A DNA stretch of 64,000 bases from positions 992,001 to 1,056,000 of the forward strand of contig CBDDPY010000002.1 of the NCBI GenBank assembly GCA_965232515.1. The letters are read 5' to 3'. The DNA comes from Alphaproteobacteria bacterium (lineage in GTDB: Bacteria; Pseudomonadota; Alphaproteobacteria; GCA-2731375). The notes beneath the pieces were generated by a model. That model worked only from the letters and a program-made list of their open reading frames with translations, was not told the origin of the DNA and made no database searches. Shown here piece after piece: positions 17,665-28,283 of the stretch (the first letter of the stretch is position 1; every line of letters begins with the position of its first letter). The position numbers were made by a program, and so were the translations under genes.

Positions 17665-19005
17665 ATGCCCGACACCGCGTCCCGAGAGATCAGACTGCGC
17701 CGCGTGCTGCGCTACTTCGCCTTTCTCGAGGCGGAGCGGCGGCGCCTGCGCAACGAGCTGTTCCCGGGTCGCAGCATCGAGGACATCGCCGTGCCGACCG
17801 ACGATGCGGTCGACGACCTGGTATTCGGCTCGCCGCCCAGCAGTCGGGCCGAGAAGATCCTGGCGGCGCTGTCGCTCGACAGCTTCGATGCGCCGCCGCC
17901 GGTCCCCGCAACCAAGCCGGCGGCGCAACCAACGAAGCCCGCCGCCACGGCGGCCCGCCAGCCGGCGGGCGCCGCCGAACCCGACAAGCCACAGATCCCG
18001 GCACCGCCGCCGGAGAATGCGACGGCGGCCACGTCGGGCGAGCCGAAGGAACTGCGCAAAATCTCGCGTCAGAAGCTGGCGGCGGTATTGGAGTCCCACA
18101 AACTCTGGCTGGAGCGCGGCAGCCAGCACGGCGTCAAGGCCGAGCTGCGCTTCACGATCCTGAACAGCGTCTCGTTCCGCGGCGCGCCGTTGCGTTATGC
18201 CGATTTCCGCCGCGCCCGCCTATCGCATGCCAGCTTCCGCGAAGCCGATCTGCGCAACGCCGACTTGCGCTACACCGATCTCGGCGAAGCCGTTCTGTCG
18301 GGCGCGAACGCGGCCGGCGCCAGCTTCACCCGCGCCAGCCTGCGCCGCGCCGACTTGCGGGTCGCCGACCTGCGCCAGGCCGATCTGCGCCGGGCGGTGC
18401 TGCGCGAGACCAATCTGCGCTCCGCCGATCTGCGCGACGCCCGGCTCGACGAGGCGTCGATGCAGGGCGCCGATCTGCGCTACGCCAAGCTCAAGGGTGC
18501 CGTGCTGGCCAAGGCCAACCTGCACGGCGCGCTGCTGCGCGAGGCCGACCTCGTCGAGGTCGGCATGACCGGCGCCGTCCTCGAGGATCTCGATCTGCAC
18601 GGGGTCGATCTGAGCAAGGCCAATCTCGTCGGCGCCAACCTGACCGGCGCCGATCTCGAAGCCGCCAAGCTGATCGACGCCGACCTGCGCGGCGCGATCC
18701 TGAACGGCGCCAACCTGGTCGGCGCCGACCTCAGCGGCGCCCGGCTGGACGACGCCAACCTCTACGCGGCCGACCTGGCGCACGCCCGGCTCGACGGCGC
18801 CGACCTTTCGGGCGCGCGGCTCAGCAAGGCGATCATGGACAATTGCACGCTGGCCGACGCCCGCCTGCAGGGCGCCGACCTGCGCGACGCGGAGGGCCTG
18901 CGGCAGCGCCAGGTCGAGGCCTGCTACGGCGACAGCAACACCCGCCTGCCGGGCGAGCTGTTCCTGACGCCCAAGCGCATTCAGCGCACCGACGACGCCA
19001 ACTAG
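17665..19005 (+). CDS. Pentapeptide-repeat protein with unrecognised N-terminal domain and Pro/Ala linker
   Basis: Long A(D/N)L.. pentapeptide array after L..H.LWL. Start at 17665; the longer ORF-track frame overlaps the DMFase gene. Confidence 0.88.
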   Translation: MPDTASREIRLRRVLRYFAFLEAERRRLRNELFPGRSIEDIAVPTDDAVDDLVFGSPPSSRAEKILAALSLDSFDAPPPVPATKPAAQPTKPAATAARQPAGAAEPDKPQIPAPPPENATAATSGEPKELRKISRQKLAAVLESHKLWLERGSQHGVKAELRFTILNSVSFRGAPLRYADFRRARLSHASFREADLRNADLRYTDLGEAVLSGANAAGASFTRASLRRADLRVADLRQADLRRAVLRETNLRSADLRDARLDEASMQGADLRYAKLKGAVLAKANLHGALLREADLVEVGMTGAVLEDLDLHGVDLSKANLVGANLTGADLEAAKLIDADLRGAILNGANLVGADLSGARLDDANLYAADLAHARLDGADLSGARLSKAIMDNCTLADARLQGADLRDAEGLRQRQVEACYGDSNTRLPGELFLTPKRIQRTDDAN

Positions 19006-19031
19006 TTCGGTCCGAACATCAATGCTACCTG

Positions 19032-20189
19032 TTAGCGGGCCGGCAGATCGATCGTGTTGATCAGCCGGATCAGCTCGACCTGCCGATGCGTGCCGGTCTT
19101 GCGCATGGCGCGGGCCAGATGGCTGCGCGCGGTATTGATGCTGATATCGTGATCGGCCGCGTAGCGCTTTAGCGTCGTGCCGCGATAAAGCGCCACGGCC
19201 AGGCGGATTTCGGCCGGCGTCAGCTTGAACACGTCGGCCAGGATGCGCGCCACCGTCGGCGCCGCGCCTGCCGGATCTTGAATGAAAACCGCTACCGCCG
19301 GCCGGCTTGCCCCGGCATACAACAGATCCGCCGTGGCCCCGGTCCGGGGGAGGGGCCGAACCGCCAGGATCAGGGCCGGATGCCCGTCGGCGCGTGGCGC
19401 CAGCAGATCGCCGCCGGCTTCGACGCCGTCGCCTGACCACGTCCGCAGCGCCCGCTCGATGGCGCGGCCCAGCTCGCGCGCCGCCCAGCCGGCATTCGGT
19501 CTTAGTTCGCCGTGATCCACCGTTAATCCATCGCCCTTGGCCAAGAGGTTCGCGGCGGACCGATTGCAGAACAACACGCGACCGCGCTCGTCCAGCAGCA
19601 CGACGCCGGCGGCAAGCTGGTCGAGGGTCGTTTCAAGCGCCCCGGCCCGCGACGTTTGCGCTCTCAGACGCATACGCAGGTCCAGAGCCTGGCCGAAATG
19701 CGGCAGCAAGTGGCGCATGGCGGCAATGTCTTCGGCCTCGACATGCCCCTGCCGCGGCGTGCGCTGGGCCGTGATCAGGCCGATGCAGTTCGCGTCGTTG
19801 CGCAACGTACCGGCGATGAAGTAGCGCAGGTCGTCCCGTGGCAGGAACTCGGCATAGAACGGATTGCGATCCATCTCGGCTTCGGAGATGAACAGGCCGT
19901 CATAGCTGACATGGCCGGCGGCGTTTCGGTCGACATGGGGCAGGCGGGGGCAGATCGCGGCGTAGTGCGCCACGTAATCGGCCATGCCGTCGTCGGCCAG
20001 ACCGGCGCCATGGAAAAAAACCGGCTTCGCCGACGTCTTGTCGATGATTTCGACGGTGGCGCCGACCGCGCCCAGGCAATCGGCCGCCGCCAGCAAGGTC
20101 GGCGCCCACAGCGTATCGTCCAACGCGGCCGCATAGACCTGCTGGATTACGCCCTCCGGCTTCGTTCGGCCACTCAGGCGACGAGCCAT
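19032..20189 (-). CDS. LuxR-type HTH regulator with PAS-like central domain (paralog 1)
   Basis: YAAALD..LW N-terminus; C-terminal LTPAE.RLA..L..G...IS.NT.R.HL...KTG..RQ. Confidence 0.88.
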   Translation of the reverse strand: MARRLSGRTKPEGVIQQVYAAALDDTLWAPTLLAAADCLGAVGATVEIIDKTSAKPVFFHGAGLADDGMADYVAHYAAICPRLPHVDRNAAGHVSYDGLFISEAEMDRNPFYAEFLPRDDLRYFIAGTLRNDANCIGLITAQRTPRQGHVEAEDIAAMRHLLPHFGQALDLRMRLRAQTSRAGALETTLDQLAAGVVLLDERGRVLFCNRSAANLLAKGDGLTVDHGELRPNAGWAARELGRAIERALRTWSGDGVEAGGDLLAPRADGHPALILAVRPLPRTGATADLLYAGASRPAVAVFIQDPAGAAPTVARILADVFKLTPAEIRLAVALYRGTTLKRYAADHDISINTARSHLARAMRKTGTHRQVELIRLINTIDLPAR

Positions 20190-20303
20190 CCACCTCTGCC
20201 GTCGGCGTAGCCGACCGCTCCCGTCTGGCGCCCTCCGAAAAAGTCTAAGCCATGTTCGGCGCCGCGCGCCAGGCGGGCGGGATTCGTTGATGGAAGATGC
20301 GGG

Positions 20304-20948
20304 CTAGACCCTCAAGCCCCGGCGTCGTCGCGCAAGGACAAGACCGCCGAGACCGAGGCCGAGCAGGGCGAGCGTGCCGGGCTCGGGCACTTGCGATACC
20401 TGTTCGCGCGTCGATTCAAAGCCGACCGTCAACCGCAGCCGGAAGGAATCCGGCTGGCCGACCGTATCGCCCAGAAACGTCGTCGTATTGGGCGTATCGC
20501 CGAGCGCATTGTCGACCGTGTTCGGGAACCCAAAGGTGCCATTCGTCACGAAACTCGAGACGAAGCTGGCGAATTCGTTGCCGGACGGAAGGCTGAGCGC
20601 CACCCGGCTGATATTCAATCCGCCGTCGGCCGCATTGTCGAAGATGGCGGTAATCGACAGGAAGGCGCCGTCGGGATTGAACGTGCCGTCGGCGTCCGAA
20701 TAGAAGAAGTCGTAGAATTCGTTCGAGTTCGACTGAAAATCGCTGTTCGCGGCGGACAGCCGGTCGTTGAGACGCGTCGTGATGACCGACCCGTTCGGCA
20801 GCATGTTGAACGGGGTCTCGACGCCGCTCCTCTCGAACACGACGACACCTGCCAGGCCGGGCAAATCCCTGATGGGGACCGCTTGCGCCGCCGATCCCGC
20901 CATCAAAAGAACACCTATCGCCGGTACCAGGTAACGCAGCAGGCTCAT
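20304..20948 (-). CDS. PEP-CTERM sorting domain protein
   Basis: Signal peptide ending AQA-VPI; C-terminal VPEPGTLALLGLGLGGLVLARRRR; GGAG RBS before ATG 20948. Confidence 0.93.
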   Translation of the reverse strand: MSLLRYLVPAIGVLLMAGSAAQAVPIRDLPGLAGVVVFERSGVETPFNMLPNGSVITTRLNDRLSAANSDFQSNSNEFYDFFYSDADGTFNPDGAFLSITAIFDNAADGGLNISRVALSLPSGNEFASFVSSFVTNGTFGFPNTVDNALGDTPNTTTFLGDTVGQPDSFRLRLTVGFESTREQVSQVPEPGTLALLGLGLGGLVLARRRRGLRV

Positions 20949-21036
20949 GGTTGCACTCCTTTCCCTTGCATCAGCCGGTTCCGGGCCTCGATTGCCGGGT
21001 GACGGCAGATGTCCGCGGTTGCCCCGAAGGATCTGA

Positions 21037-21214
21037 AGCAGGGAACATGCCAAAGGAAAAGTTCTTTTATTTTCAGCTAGTTATCGAAACGAGCTTACGA
21101 GGGCTGTAAGGCTATCCGACTCGTCTGTTTGCATGAGGCGATCACGGATTTTCGCGGTTTTCCGCCGGTTTCAGCCCGACAGACGCCGTCACGGGACTGT
21201 CAATTTCACCGACA
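21037..21214 (-). promoter_or_regulatory. Sigma54 promoter with IHF-like site and two enhancer boxes for the PEP-CTERM gene
   Basis: Minus strand TTGGCATGTTCCCTGCT (-24/-12) at 21037-21053; AT-rich TTATTTTCAGCTAGTTA near 21067-21083; TGTAAGGCTATCCGACT (21105-21121) and TGTCAATTTCACCGACA (21198-21214, TGT-N11-ACA). Confidence 0.8.
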
Positions 21215-21228
21215 CGGCGGAGCGCCGG

Positions 21229-22386
21229 TCAGCGGGCCGGCAGATCGATGGTGTTGATCAGGCGGATCAGGTCGGCCTGACGGCCGGTATTGGTCTTTCG
21301 CATGGCGCGGGCCAGGTGGCTGCGCGCCGTGTTGACACTGATGTCGTGCTCGGTTGCGTAGGTTCTCAAAGTATCGCCGCGGTAAAGTGCGATCGCGAGG
21401 CGCGTCTCGGCCCGCGTCAGCTTGAAGACGTTACGCAATATCCGGGCGGCCGACGCCGCGCCGCGAGCCGGATCCTGAACGAACACCGCGACCGCCGGAC
21501 GCTGCGCGTCGGCATAGAGATCGGCGGACAGGCGATCGGCATGGGGGAGAGGGCGCACGGCCAGAATCAGCGCCGGTCGGCCGTCGGCGCGCGGCGCCAG
21601 GACTTCGTCGCCCGCGCTGGTGGGCTCGCCGGCGCGGGTCTGCAGCGCACGGGCGACGGCCCGGCCAAGATCGCGGGCCGCCCATGATGCCCGCGGCAGC
21701 AATTCGCCGGCCACGATCTCCAGGGCGTCTCGCTGGGCCACCAGCCTGGCTGCCGCATGGTTGCAGAACAGGACGCGCGCGTCCGCGTCCAGCAGCACGA
21801 CGCCATCGGCCAGCTGGTCCAGCGTCGCCTGCAGCGAGTCCTCCTGCCGGCGCCAGGCCCGCAGCCGCATTTGCAGGTCCAGCGCTTGACCGACATGGGG
21901 CAGCAACCGGGTCAGGGTCGCGATATCCGCCGTATCGACATGTCCTTGGCCGACCGTCCGCTGGGCCGTGATCAGGCTGAAGTACCGATCGTCGTTGCGC
22001 AACGTGCCGGCGATGAAATAGCGGAAATCGTCCCGGCGCAGGAAATCGGCGTAGAACGGATCGCGGTCCATTTCCGCTTCCGTGATCAGCAGGCGGTCAT
22101 GGGCGATGTGGCCGCTGGGATGGCGGTTGATGTGCTGCAGGCGGGGACAGATCGCCGCATAGTGGTCGAGATAGTCCTGAATGCCGTGATCCGGCAGCCG
22201 GGCGCCGCGAAAGAAGGCGGGCGTGGCCGCCTTCTTGTCGATGATTTCCAAGGTGGCGCCGGTCGCGCCCAGGCACTCGGCCACGTTCGTCAGGGCGTCC
22301 GCCCAAAGCTGCTCGTCGAGCGCGGCCGCGTAGACCTGCTCGATCACGACCCCCGGCTCCGCATCGCCGTGCCGGCGAGGTGTCAT
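21229..22386 (-). CDS. LuxR-type HTH regulator with PAS-like central domain (paralog 2)
   Basis: Same length (385 aa) and collinear with 19032-20189; identical C-terminus LIRLINTIDLPAR. Confidence 0.88.
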   Translation of the reverse strand: MTPRRHGDAEPGVVIEQVYAAALDEQLWADALTNVAECLGATGATLEIIDKKAATPAFFRGARLPDHGIQDYLDHYAAICPRLQHINRHPSGHIAHDRLLITEAEMDRDPFYADFLRRDDFRYFIAGTLRNDDRYFSLITAQRTVGQGHVDTADIATLTRLLPHVGQALDLQMRLRAWRRQEDSLQATLDQLADGVVLLDADARVLFCNHAAARLVAQRDALEIVAGELLPRASWAARDLGRAVARALQTRAGEPTSAGDEVLAPRADGRPALILAVRPLPHADRLSADLYADAQRPAVAVFVQDPARGAASAARILRNVFKLTRAETRLAIALYRGDTLRTYATEHDISVNTARSHLARAMRKTNTGRQADLIRLINTIDLPAR

Positions 22387-22521
22387 CTTCCTTCAGCCGT
22401 CGGCCGGGCCGACCGCTCCCGCAATGGCGCCCTCTGTGGAAAGCTTACGCCACATCGGCGAACCGGCGCCAGGGGCGGGATGGGTCCAGTTCAGGCCTTT
22501 GTGGCCGATGGATTCCGGTGG

Positions 22522-22562
22522 AAAAAGCAAAGGCCCGACACGCCTGAGACGCGCCGGGCCCT
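22522..22562 (-). terminator. Probable intrinsic terminator of the carbonic anhydrase gene
   Basis: GGCCCG-containing stem followed by TTTGCTTTTT on the minus strand. Confidence 0.55.
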
Positions 22563-22603
22563 TCACCCCGTACAGATGGGGCGTACTATTCAGTGGACGT
22601 TTG

Positions 22604-23500
22604 TCAGTTCACGTTGGCAGGCGCCAGCAGCAGCCGGTTGTTGACCGCCTGCAGCGGCCGCGCGTTGTTGCCGCGGACGGCCTTGGCGAAACGCTCGGCC
22701 TGTTGGGCGCTGACCGTAATCGGCTCCTGCAGGACCAGCCAGTTGACGCCCTCGCTGCAGGGCGGCGTGGTCAGCGAGCCGATATAACGATAATAGGTCT
22801 GATCGCGCGGCAGCAGGTCCCGCGCATTGATCGTTATGTTGGCGGATTCCTTCTCGGCCGACCGGCGCTGCGGCATGCCGTGCCAGATCTCGCGCAGCGC
22901 CAAATTCTCCTCGCCGGCCTTCATCATGGCGGCAACCACGGCCAGCTGGCCGTCGGCGCTTTTGTGTACGAACTGCACCTCCATCAGGGTGCGCTCGCCG
23001 CCGATCGCATGCTCGCTGGGCGTATGGAAGTGGAAGTGCAGCAGTTCATAGCGCTTGCCCTTGACGGTGATGCTGCTGCCGGGCGCGTAGTTGACCTGCA
23101 CGGTGTTGCCGTTGTGATGCACCTTCATCGGCGTCAGGTGGTAGTCGAATTCGATCTGGCCGGTGGCGTTGCCGTCGGCGGCGTCGATATCGATCGGCGA
23201 CTGCGCCTGGCCGTCCTTGCACATGTGATAGTCGCTGGACAGCTCGCCCCAGTGCTCGGGCCCGCCCTTGCCGTCATAGCTCCAGTCATTCTTGGCCTTG
23301 GCGCGCGACTTTCCAACGATGCTGAGCGTATCCCGCGGCGCGCCGCCGTCGGCTTCAGCGCTCTTGGCGGCCAGCGTCGGCTTCGCGGGGCTCTCACCGA
23401 CATCGGTGCCGGCGCCGAGGCCGGTCGAGGCGGCATATCCGACGGTCATCAGACCAAAGCTTGCCGCGACGAACGCGATTGAAGAGATCGAGACTTTCAT
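22604..23500 (-). CDS. Periplasmic alpha-class carbonic anhydrase
   Basis: WSY.G..GPEHW, QSPIDI, FHFHTPSEH, GSLTTPPCSEGV.W, NNARPLQ; signal peptide; GGAGG RBS. The third Zn-ligand region reads MEVQFVH (usually ExHxVH). Confidence 0.9.
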   Translation of the reverse strand: MKVSISSIAFVAASFGLMTVGYAASTGLGAGTDVGESPAKPTLAAKSAEADGGAPRDTLSIVGKSRAKAKNDWSYDGKGGPEHWGELSSDYHMCKDGQAQSPIDIDAADGNATGQIEFDYHLTPMKVHHNGNTVQVNYAPGSSITVKGKRYELLHFHFHTPSEHAIGGERTLMEVQFVHKSADGQLAVVAAMMKAGEENLALREIWHGMPQRRSAEKESANITINARDLLPRDQTYYRYIGSLTTPPCSEGVNWLVLQEPITVSAQQAERFAKAVRGNNARPLQAVNNRLLLAPANVN

Positions 23501-23670
23501 GCTTCCTCCAAAACTCGCCCCCAAGACGCCGCCGCGACGGTGTCGGGCTGCGGCCAATTGGTTGTCTCGAAATGTGCGAGAATTTGCTTAACAGCCGGTT
23601 TACCGTGACCAAGAAGATCCGACGGCGGCGGACGCGAAGTCAGACTGCCGGGTCGCGGCGGGGAAATGGA

Positions 23671-23700
23671 AACCCGGCCGCACGTACGCGCGGCCGGGTT
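23671..23700 (-). terminator. Hairpin downstream of MCP1
   Basis: AACCCGGCCGC-N8-GCGGCCGGGTT perfect stem. Confidence 0.6.
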
Positions 23701-23729
23701 CTGGTTACGCGGTACAGGACGACGTCGGC

Positions 23730-26700
23730 CTAGAACTCTTCCCACTCCTCGTCAGCCTGCTCGGCGACCGCCGCGGCGGCCGCACCGCCACCGCCGACCG
23801 CGGCCACCTTGGTCTCCAGCTTCTTTTGCTGCTGGTGGACCGGATTGCCGCCGGACGGCGCCGAGGCCGGGGCAGGGGCCGAATCCAGGCCCAGCTCGTC
23901 CTCTTCCTCGCCGGTCTTGAAGAAGCTCACCAGCTTCTTCAGATCGTCGACCTGCGCCGTCGTCGAGTGCAGCGCCGCCGTGGTCTCTTCCACCAGGGCC
24001 GCGTTCTGCTGCGTCATCTCGTCCATGTTCGACACCGCCGTGCCGACCTCGTCGATACCCGAGGCCTGTTCCTTGCTGGCCGCGGCGATGTCCGAGATGA
24101 TGTCGGCCACCTTCTTCACCGAGTTGACGATCTCTTCCAGAGAGGTGCCGGCCTTCTGCACTAGGCCGACGCCGTCGCGAACCTGGCTGTCCGAGTTGCT
24201 GATCAGGTCCTTGATCTCCTTGGAGGCCCGACCCGACCGCTGGGCCAGCGCCCGGACCTCGGTGGCGACCACGGCGAAACCCTTGCCGGCCTCGCCGGCG
24301 CGCGCCGCCTCGACCGCCGCGTTCAGCGCCAGCAGGTTGGTCTGGAAGGCGATCTCGTCGATCATGCCGACGATCTCGGTGATCTGCTTCGACGAGTCCT
24401 CGATCTTGCTCATGGCATCGACCGCCGAAGCGACGACGTCGCCGCCGGTGCTGGCCGCATCGCGGGCCGCGACCGCCAGCTGATTGGCCTGCTGGGCGTT
24501 GTCGGCATTCTGGCGCACCGTCGCCGACAGCTCCTCCATCGAGGCCGCGGTCTCCTCCAGCGACGAGGCCTGCTGCTCGGTGCGTGACGACAGGTCGCCG
24601 GCGCCGGCCGCGATTTCCGACGTGGCGTCGCTGACCGTGCCGGTGGCGCCGACGATCCGCTTGGCGATGCCGCCGATCTTCTCGGCCATCTTGTTCGAGT
24701 CGTCCTTCAGCTTCAGGAACGTGCCCTTATAGTCGCCAGCGATGCGCTGGGTCAGGTCGCCCTGGGCCATCGCCGCCATCACCGAGACCGTCTCGTTCAG
24801 GCCGCGGTCGACGGTGCCGACCAGCTCGTTCATACCCTTCGCCAGCTCCAGCATGAAGCCCTGCTTGCCGGATTCCTCCAGCCGCTGGCTGAAGTCGCCG
24901 GCGCCCGCCGAGGCCACCAGTCCGGCAATCTCGTGCTCGACAGCCAGTTGCGCCGTCACGTCGGACCATTCCACCGAGGTGCCGACGCGCTCTCCACCGG
25001 CGCCGAACACCGGCGTCACCACCAGATCGAAGGTCAGACCGGCGACTTCCACACGGCCGTTATGCGTCGAACGCAGGCCGTCCAGCAGGTTGCGCTGATG
25101 CGACGGGTTCTTGTGGAACACGTCGATGTTGGTGCCGATCAGGGTGTTCAGATCGAAGGCCGGCAACTCCTTGCGGATGTCGCCCTCGCGGCTGCGGAAC
25201 AGCTCGATCAGCGCCTTGTTGACATAGACGATGTTGTAGTCGGCATCCGAGATCATGAAGTTGGTCTGGGTGCCGTCCATCGTCGCCTTGGCCCGCGCCA
25301 TCTCCTCGTCGCTGATCAGCTTCTCGGTAATATCCATCCACTGGACAGACGTGGCGATGCGCTCGCCCTTGTCATTGAAGGCCGGCGTCACCACCAGATC
25401 GAAGGTCACGCCGCCGACAGTCAGCCGGCTTTCATGCGGTTGCCGCAGCCCGTTCAGGATGCCGCGCTGGTGCGCGGGGTTCTTGTGGAACACGTCGATG
25501 TTGGTGCCGATCAGGTTCTTGGCGTCGAGGTTCGGCAGATCCTGCCGCATCTCCGCCTCGCGGCTTTCGAACAGCTCGTGCGCCGACTTGTTCATGTAGA
25601 CGATGTTGTAGTCGGTATCGGCAATCATGAAGCTCGCAGACGCGTTGTCCAACGCCGAGCGCGCCTGCGCGGCTTCACGGCCGATTTCGCGGATCTTGTC
25701 CACCGAGCGGGCCATATCGCCCAGCTCGTCCTTCTGGTTCATGCACGGCAGCTCGATGTTCGCATCGCCGCCCGCCAGCAGCTCGACGGCGCCGCTCATG
25801 GCGGAGATGGGACGCGAGATGGCGCGGCCGATCACGAAGGCCAGCAGCGTGCCGACCACCAGCGCGACCAATGCGACGATCAAGCCGACATATTCCGCCG
25901 TCTGAATCGCCGTCGTGGCGCGGGGACCGAGCTCGTCCTGAAGCTGCTTGTTGTGCAGCTTCATGTCTTCCATCTCGCCGGCGACCTTCGGCCCGATCGT
26001 GTCGAGCGTGTCCGAGATGATGGCGTTGCGCTTGGTGATCAGGCCGATGACCTCGTTGAAGGCGGCATGATAGGCGGCGGCGCCGTCGCTGACGTCACTC
26101 GCCAGCCGCTGGCGGGTCGGGTTCTGCAACTCGCTGCGCATCTGGTTCGCGACCTTACCGAATTCGTCCAGTTCCTGGTTCGCCCGGTTGGCGCTCGCCT
26201 CGGAGTTGTCGACCAGGAAGCGGTAGGCATAAAGCCGCGCCAGCAGCAGATGCCGCAGCGCCGCGCCGGCGAGGAAGCTGGCGTCTGGATCGCCGTCTTC
26301 ATAGGCGCTCTGCATGATCTTGGTCAGGTTGCGCTCGGCCTGCGGACCGAGCTCGTTCATCCGCCCGACGACCTCGTTGCGCTTGTGGAACAGTTCGACG
26401 ACCTCGTTGAAGCCGCTCTGATAGGCCTCGATTTCGTTAACCGCCGTCTCGACCGCCTGAATTTCCTCCGGCGCATTGAACAGCTCCGTCGCACCGTTGG
26501 CGACATCGAGCGTGGCCTGCACGCGTTGGCGCACCGCCTCTGCCGACTCGTCCGTCTGCTGCAGGATGAAGTTCTTCACATTCAGTCGCGCCGTCAGCAG
26601 ATTGGCCTGGATCCGTCCCAGCTCGTTGGTCTGGCGGGCCAGTCCGCGGTAGTCGGTGAAATGCTCGTTGGCGCCGACCAGCCCGAAAAACCCGGTGCCG

Positions 26701-26822
26701 GCGGCGATCAACAACAGCACCAGGATCACAGCGGAGCCGACGCCGATTTTCTGACCGACCTTCAGATTAGAGAAAAGGTTGCCGCGTGACTTTTTTCCCG
26801 CGGTTTCGTTCTTCACTGACAT
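23730..26822 (-). CDS. Chemoreceptor MCP1: HBM-like periplasmic sensor, HAMP, 2x Aer2-type PAS, HAMP, MCP signal domain, EWEEF tail
   Basis: Two TM helices around a ~270-aa helical domain with a duplicated LL.ARL motif; [12 protein letters not shown] twice; [20 protein letters not shown]. Confidence 0.93.
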   Translation of the reverse strand: MSVKNETAGKKSRGNLFSNLKVGQKIGVGSAVILVLLLIAAGTGFFGLVGANEHFTDYRGLARQTNELGRIQANLLTARLNVKNFILQQTDESAEAVRQRVQATLDVANGATELFNAPEEIQAVETAVNEIEAYQSGFNEVVELFHKRNEVVGRMNELGPQAERNLTKIMQSAYEDGDPDASFLAGAALRHLLLARLYAYRFLVDNSEASANRANQELDEFGKVANQMRSELQNPTRQRLASDVSDGAAAYHAAFNEVIGLITKRNAIISDTLDTIGPKVAGEMEDMKLHNKQLQDELGPRATTAIQTAEYVGLIVALVALVVGTLLAFVIGRAISRPISAMSGAVELLAGGDANIELPCMNQKDELGDMARSVDKIREIGREAAQARSALDNASASFMIADTDYNIVYMNKSAHELFESREAEMRQDLPNLDAKNLIGTNIDVFHKNPAHQRGILNGLRQPHESRLTVGGVTFDLVVTPAFNDKGERIATSVQWMDITEKLISDEEMARAKATMDGTQTNFMISDADYNIVYVNKALIELFRSREGDIRKELPAFDLNTLIGTNIDVFHKNPSHQRNLLDGLRSTHNGRVEVAGLTFDLVVTPVFGAGGERVGTSVEWSDVTAQLAVEHEIAGLVASAGAGDFSQRLEESGKQGFMLELAKGMNELVGTVDRGLNETVSVMAAMAQGDLTQRIAGDYKGTFLKLKDDSNKMAEKIGGIAKRIVGATGTVSDATSEIAAGAGDLSSRTEQQASSLEETAASMEELSATVRQNADNAQQANQLAVAARDAASTGGDVVASAVDAMSKIEDSSKQITEIVGMIDEIAFQTNLLALNAAVEAARAGEAGKGFAVVATEVRALAQRSGRASKEIKDLISNSDSQVRDGVGLVQKAGTSLEEIVNSVKKVADIISDIAAASKEQASGIDEVGTAVSNMDEMTQQNAALVEETTAALHSTTAQVDDLKKLVSFFKTGEEEDELGLDSAPAPASAPSGGNPVHQQQKKLETKVAAVGGGGAAAAAVAEQADEEWEEF

Positions 26823-27096
26823 GAACTGTTCCTTGGCGACTGATTCGTTTGAAGCAATGCCTGTTACGGCATGTTGACCAGGTTTTGGCCGTGACCCTGG
26901 TCGCCCCCGCCACCGTCGCCACGCACCGAGAATCTCGCTGTCTCACGCCCCCTAAGGCGTACTACAGACAGCCGTATTCAGATCGAAAACAGTAAAAATG
27001 ACATTAAAATATGATATAAATCCATGTTAATAACTTGGTAAATCATGTTGATTTAGTTCAATGTTTTCGTAATTACGGTTAAATATTTAGTATTTT

Positions 27097-28077
27097 CTAA
27101 TAAACTGATTTTTCTGACAATCCGGACCTAAATGCCTGTTTCCGCTTTGCCGCGTACATCGACGCATCGGCGCTGCGGACCAGGACATCGGCATCACGCC
27201 CATGCAGCGGATGGACAGCGACGCCGATGCTGACGCCGAGACGGACAATGTTCCCATAGCGAAGAATCGGCTCGTCGAACGCAGAACGAAGACGTTCGCG
27301 CGCCTGTGCCGCCGCCGCGACGGTGACATCCGTGTCCATCAACAGAACGAATTCGTCGCCGCCCAGCCGGGCGAGGGTGTCGGACTCCCGGGTCCGCGCC
27401 TGCATGCGGGTTGCCGCGGCCCGCAGGGCCGCGTCGCCGGCTTCATGGCCAAGCCTGTCGTTGATCGCCTTGAAGCCGTCGAGGTCCATCAACATCACCG
27501 CCAGCATCTCGCCAGTACGCCGGCAGCGCGCCAAGCCATTCTCCAGGCGGTCGTAAAACAAGGTGCGGCTGGCAAGGCCGGTCAGCGCGTCGTAATAGGC
27601 GAGCTGATGCAGCTCCGCGTGGGCCGCGTGCAAGGCGCGGTTGGTTGCATTCAAGGCCTCGATTTTCTCCGCCAGCTCCCGTCGCGCCTCGACCTCGGCC
27701 GAGACGTCCTTTTGGATACCGACGAAGTTGATCAGGCGGCCGGTCTGGTCGATGACGGGATTGATTGTCAGCTCGTTCCAGAACACCGCGCCGCTCTTGC
27801 GATAATTCAGCAGGCGCAGGGTCACCCCGCGCCGATCGTGCAACGCCGATCGGATGGCGTCGATCGCGTCCGCGTCGGTGTCAGGCCCTTGCAGAAGCCG
27901 GCAGCTGCGCCCGACGACCTCGTTCTCGGCATACCCCGTCAGCGCCAGAAAGGCGGGGTTGGCATAGACGATCGGGTTGTCGGGCAGGTGCGGATCGCTC
28001 AGCACGACGCCCGTCGACGTCGCCGCAACGGCTGCGGCAAAACCCGTATCGACGTCCGGTTTGCCGAGCATACCCAT
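27097..28077 (-). CDS. LOV-type PAS + GGDEF diguanylate cyclase
   Basis: PDNPIVYAN.AF..LTGY...EVVGRSCRLLQG, LLNYRK.G..FWN, GIQ.D; DALTGL, DLDGFK..ND..GH..GD, RESD I-site, GGDEF. Start 28077 or 28071; the longer frame overlaps the tRNA. Confidence 0.88.
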   Translation of the reverse strand: MGMLGKPDVDTGFAAAVAATSTGVVLSDPHLPDNPIVYANPAFLALTGYAENEVVGRSCRLLQGPDTDADAIDAIRSALHDRRGVTLRLLNYRKSGAVFWNELTINPVIDQTGRLINFVGIQKDVSAEVEARRELAEKIEALNATNRALHAAHAELHQLAYYDALTGLASRTLFYDRLENGLARCRRTGEMLAVMLMDLDGFKAINDRLGHEAGDAALRAAATRMQARTRESDTLARLGGDEFVLLMDTDVTVAAAAQARERLRSAFDEPILRYGNIVRLGVSIGVAVHPLHGRDADVLVRSADASMYAAKRKQAFRSGLSEKSVY

Positions 28078-28172
28078 GGCGCCGATCACACACGAAATTC
28101 CCGAATATGGGATTAATCGCACCCATACGCATGCTTGCCCATGGGCCTGAAAAACCATACCTTCCGCTGCGT

Positions 28173-28249
<77 letters not shown>

Positions 28250-28283
28250 ACATGGGTAAATCGGCAATCGGCGGCGATACGGT

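Noticed and set aside
18180-18900. 15-bp periodic DNA repeats as a CRISPR or VNTR
   Set aside because: Explained by pentapeptide-repeat coding; no repeat-spacer structure or cas genes.
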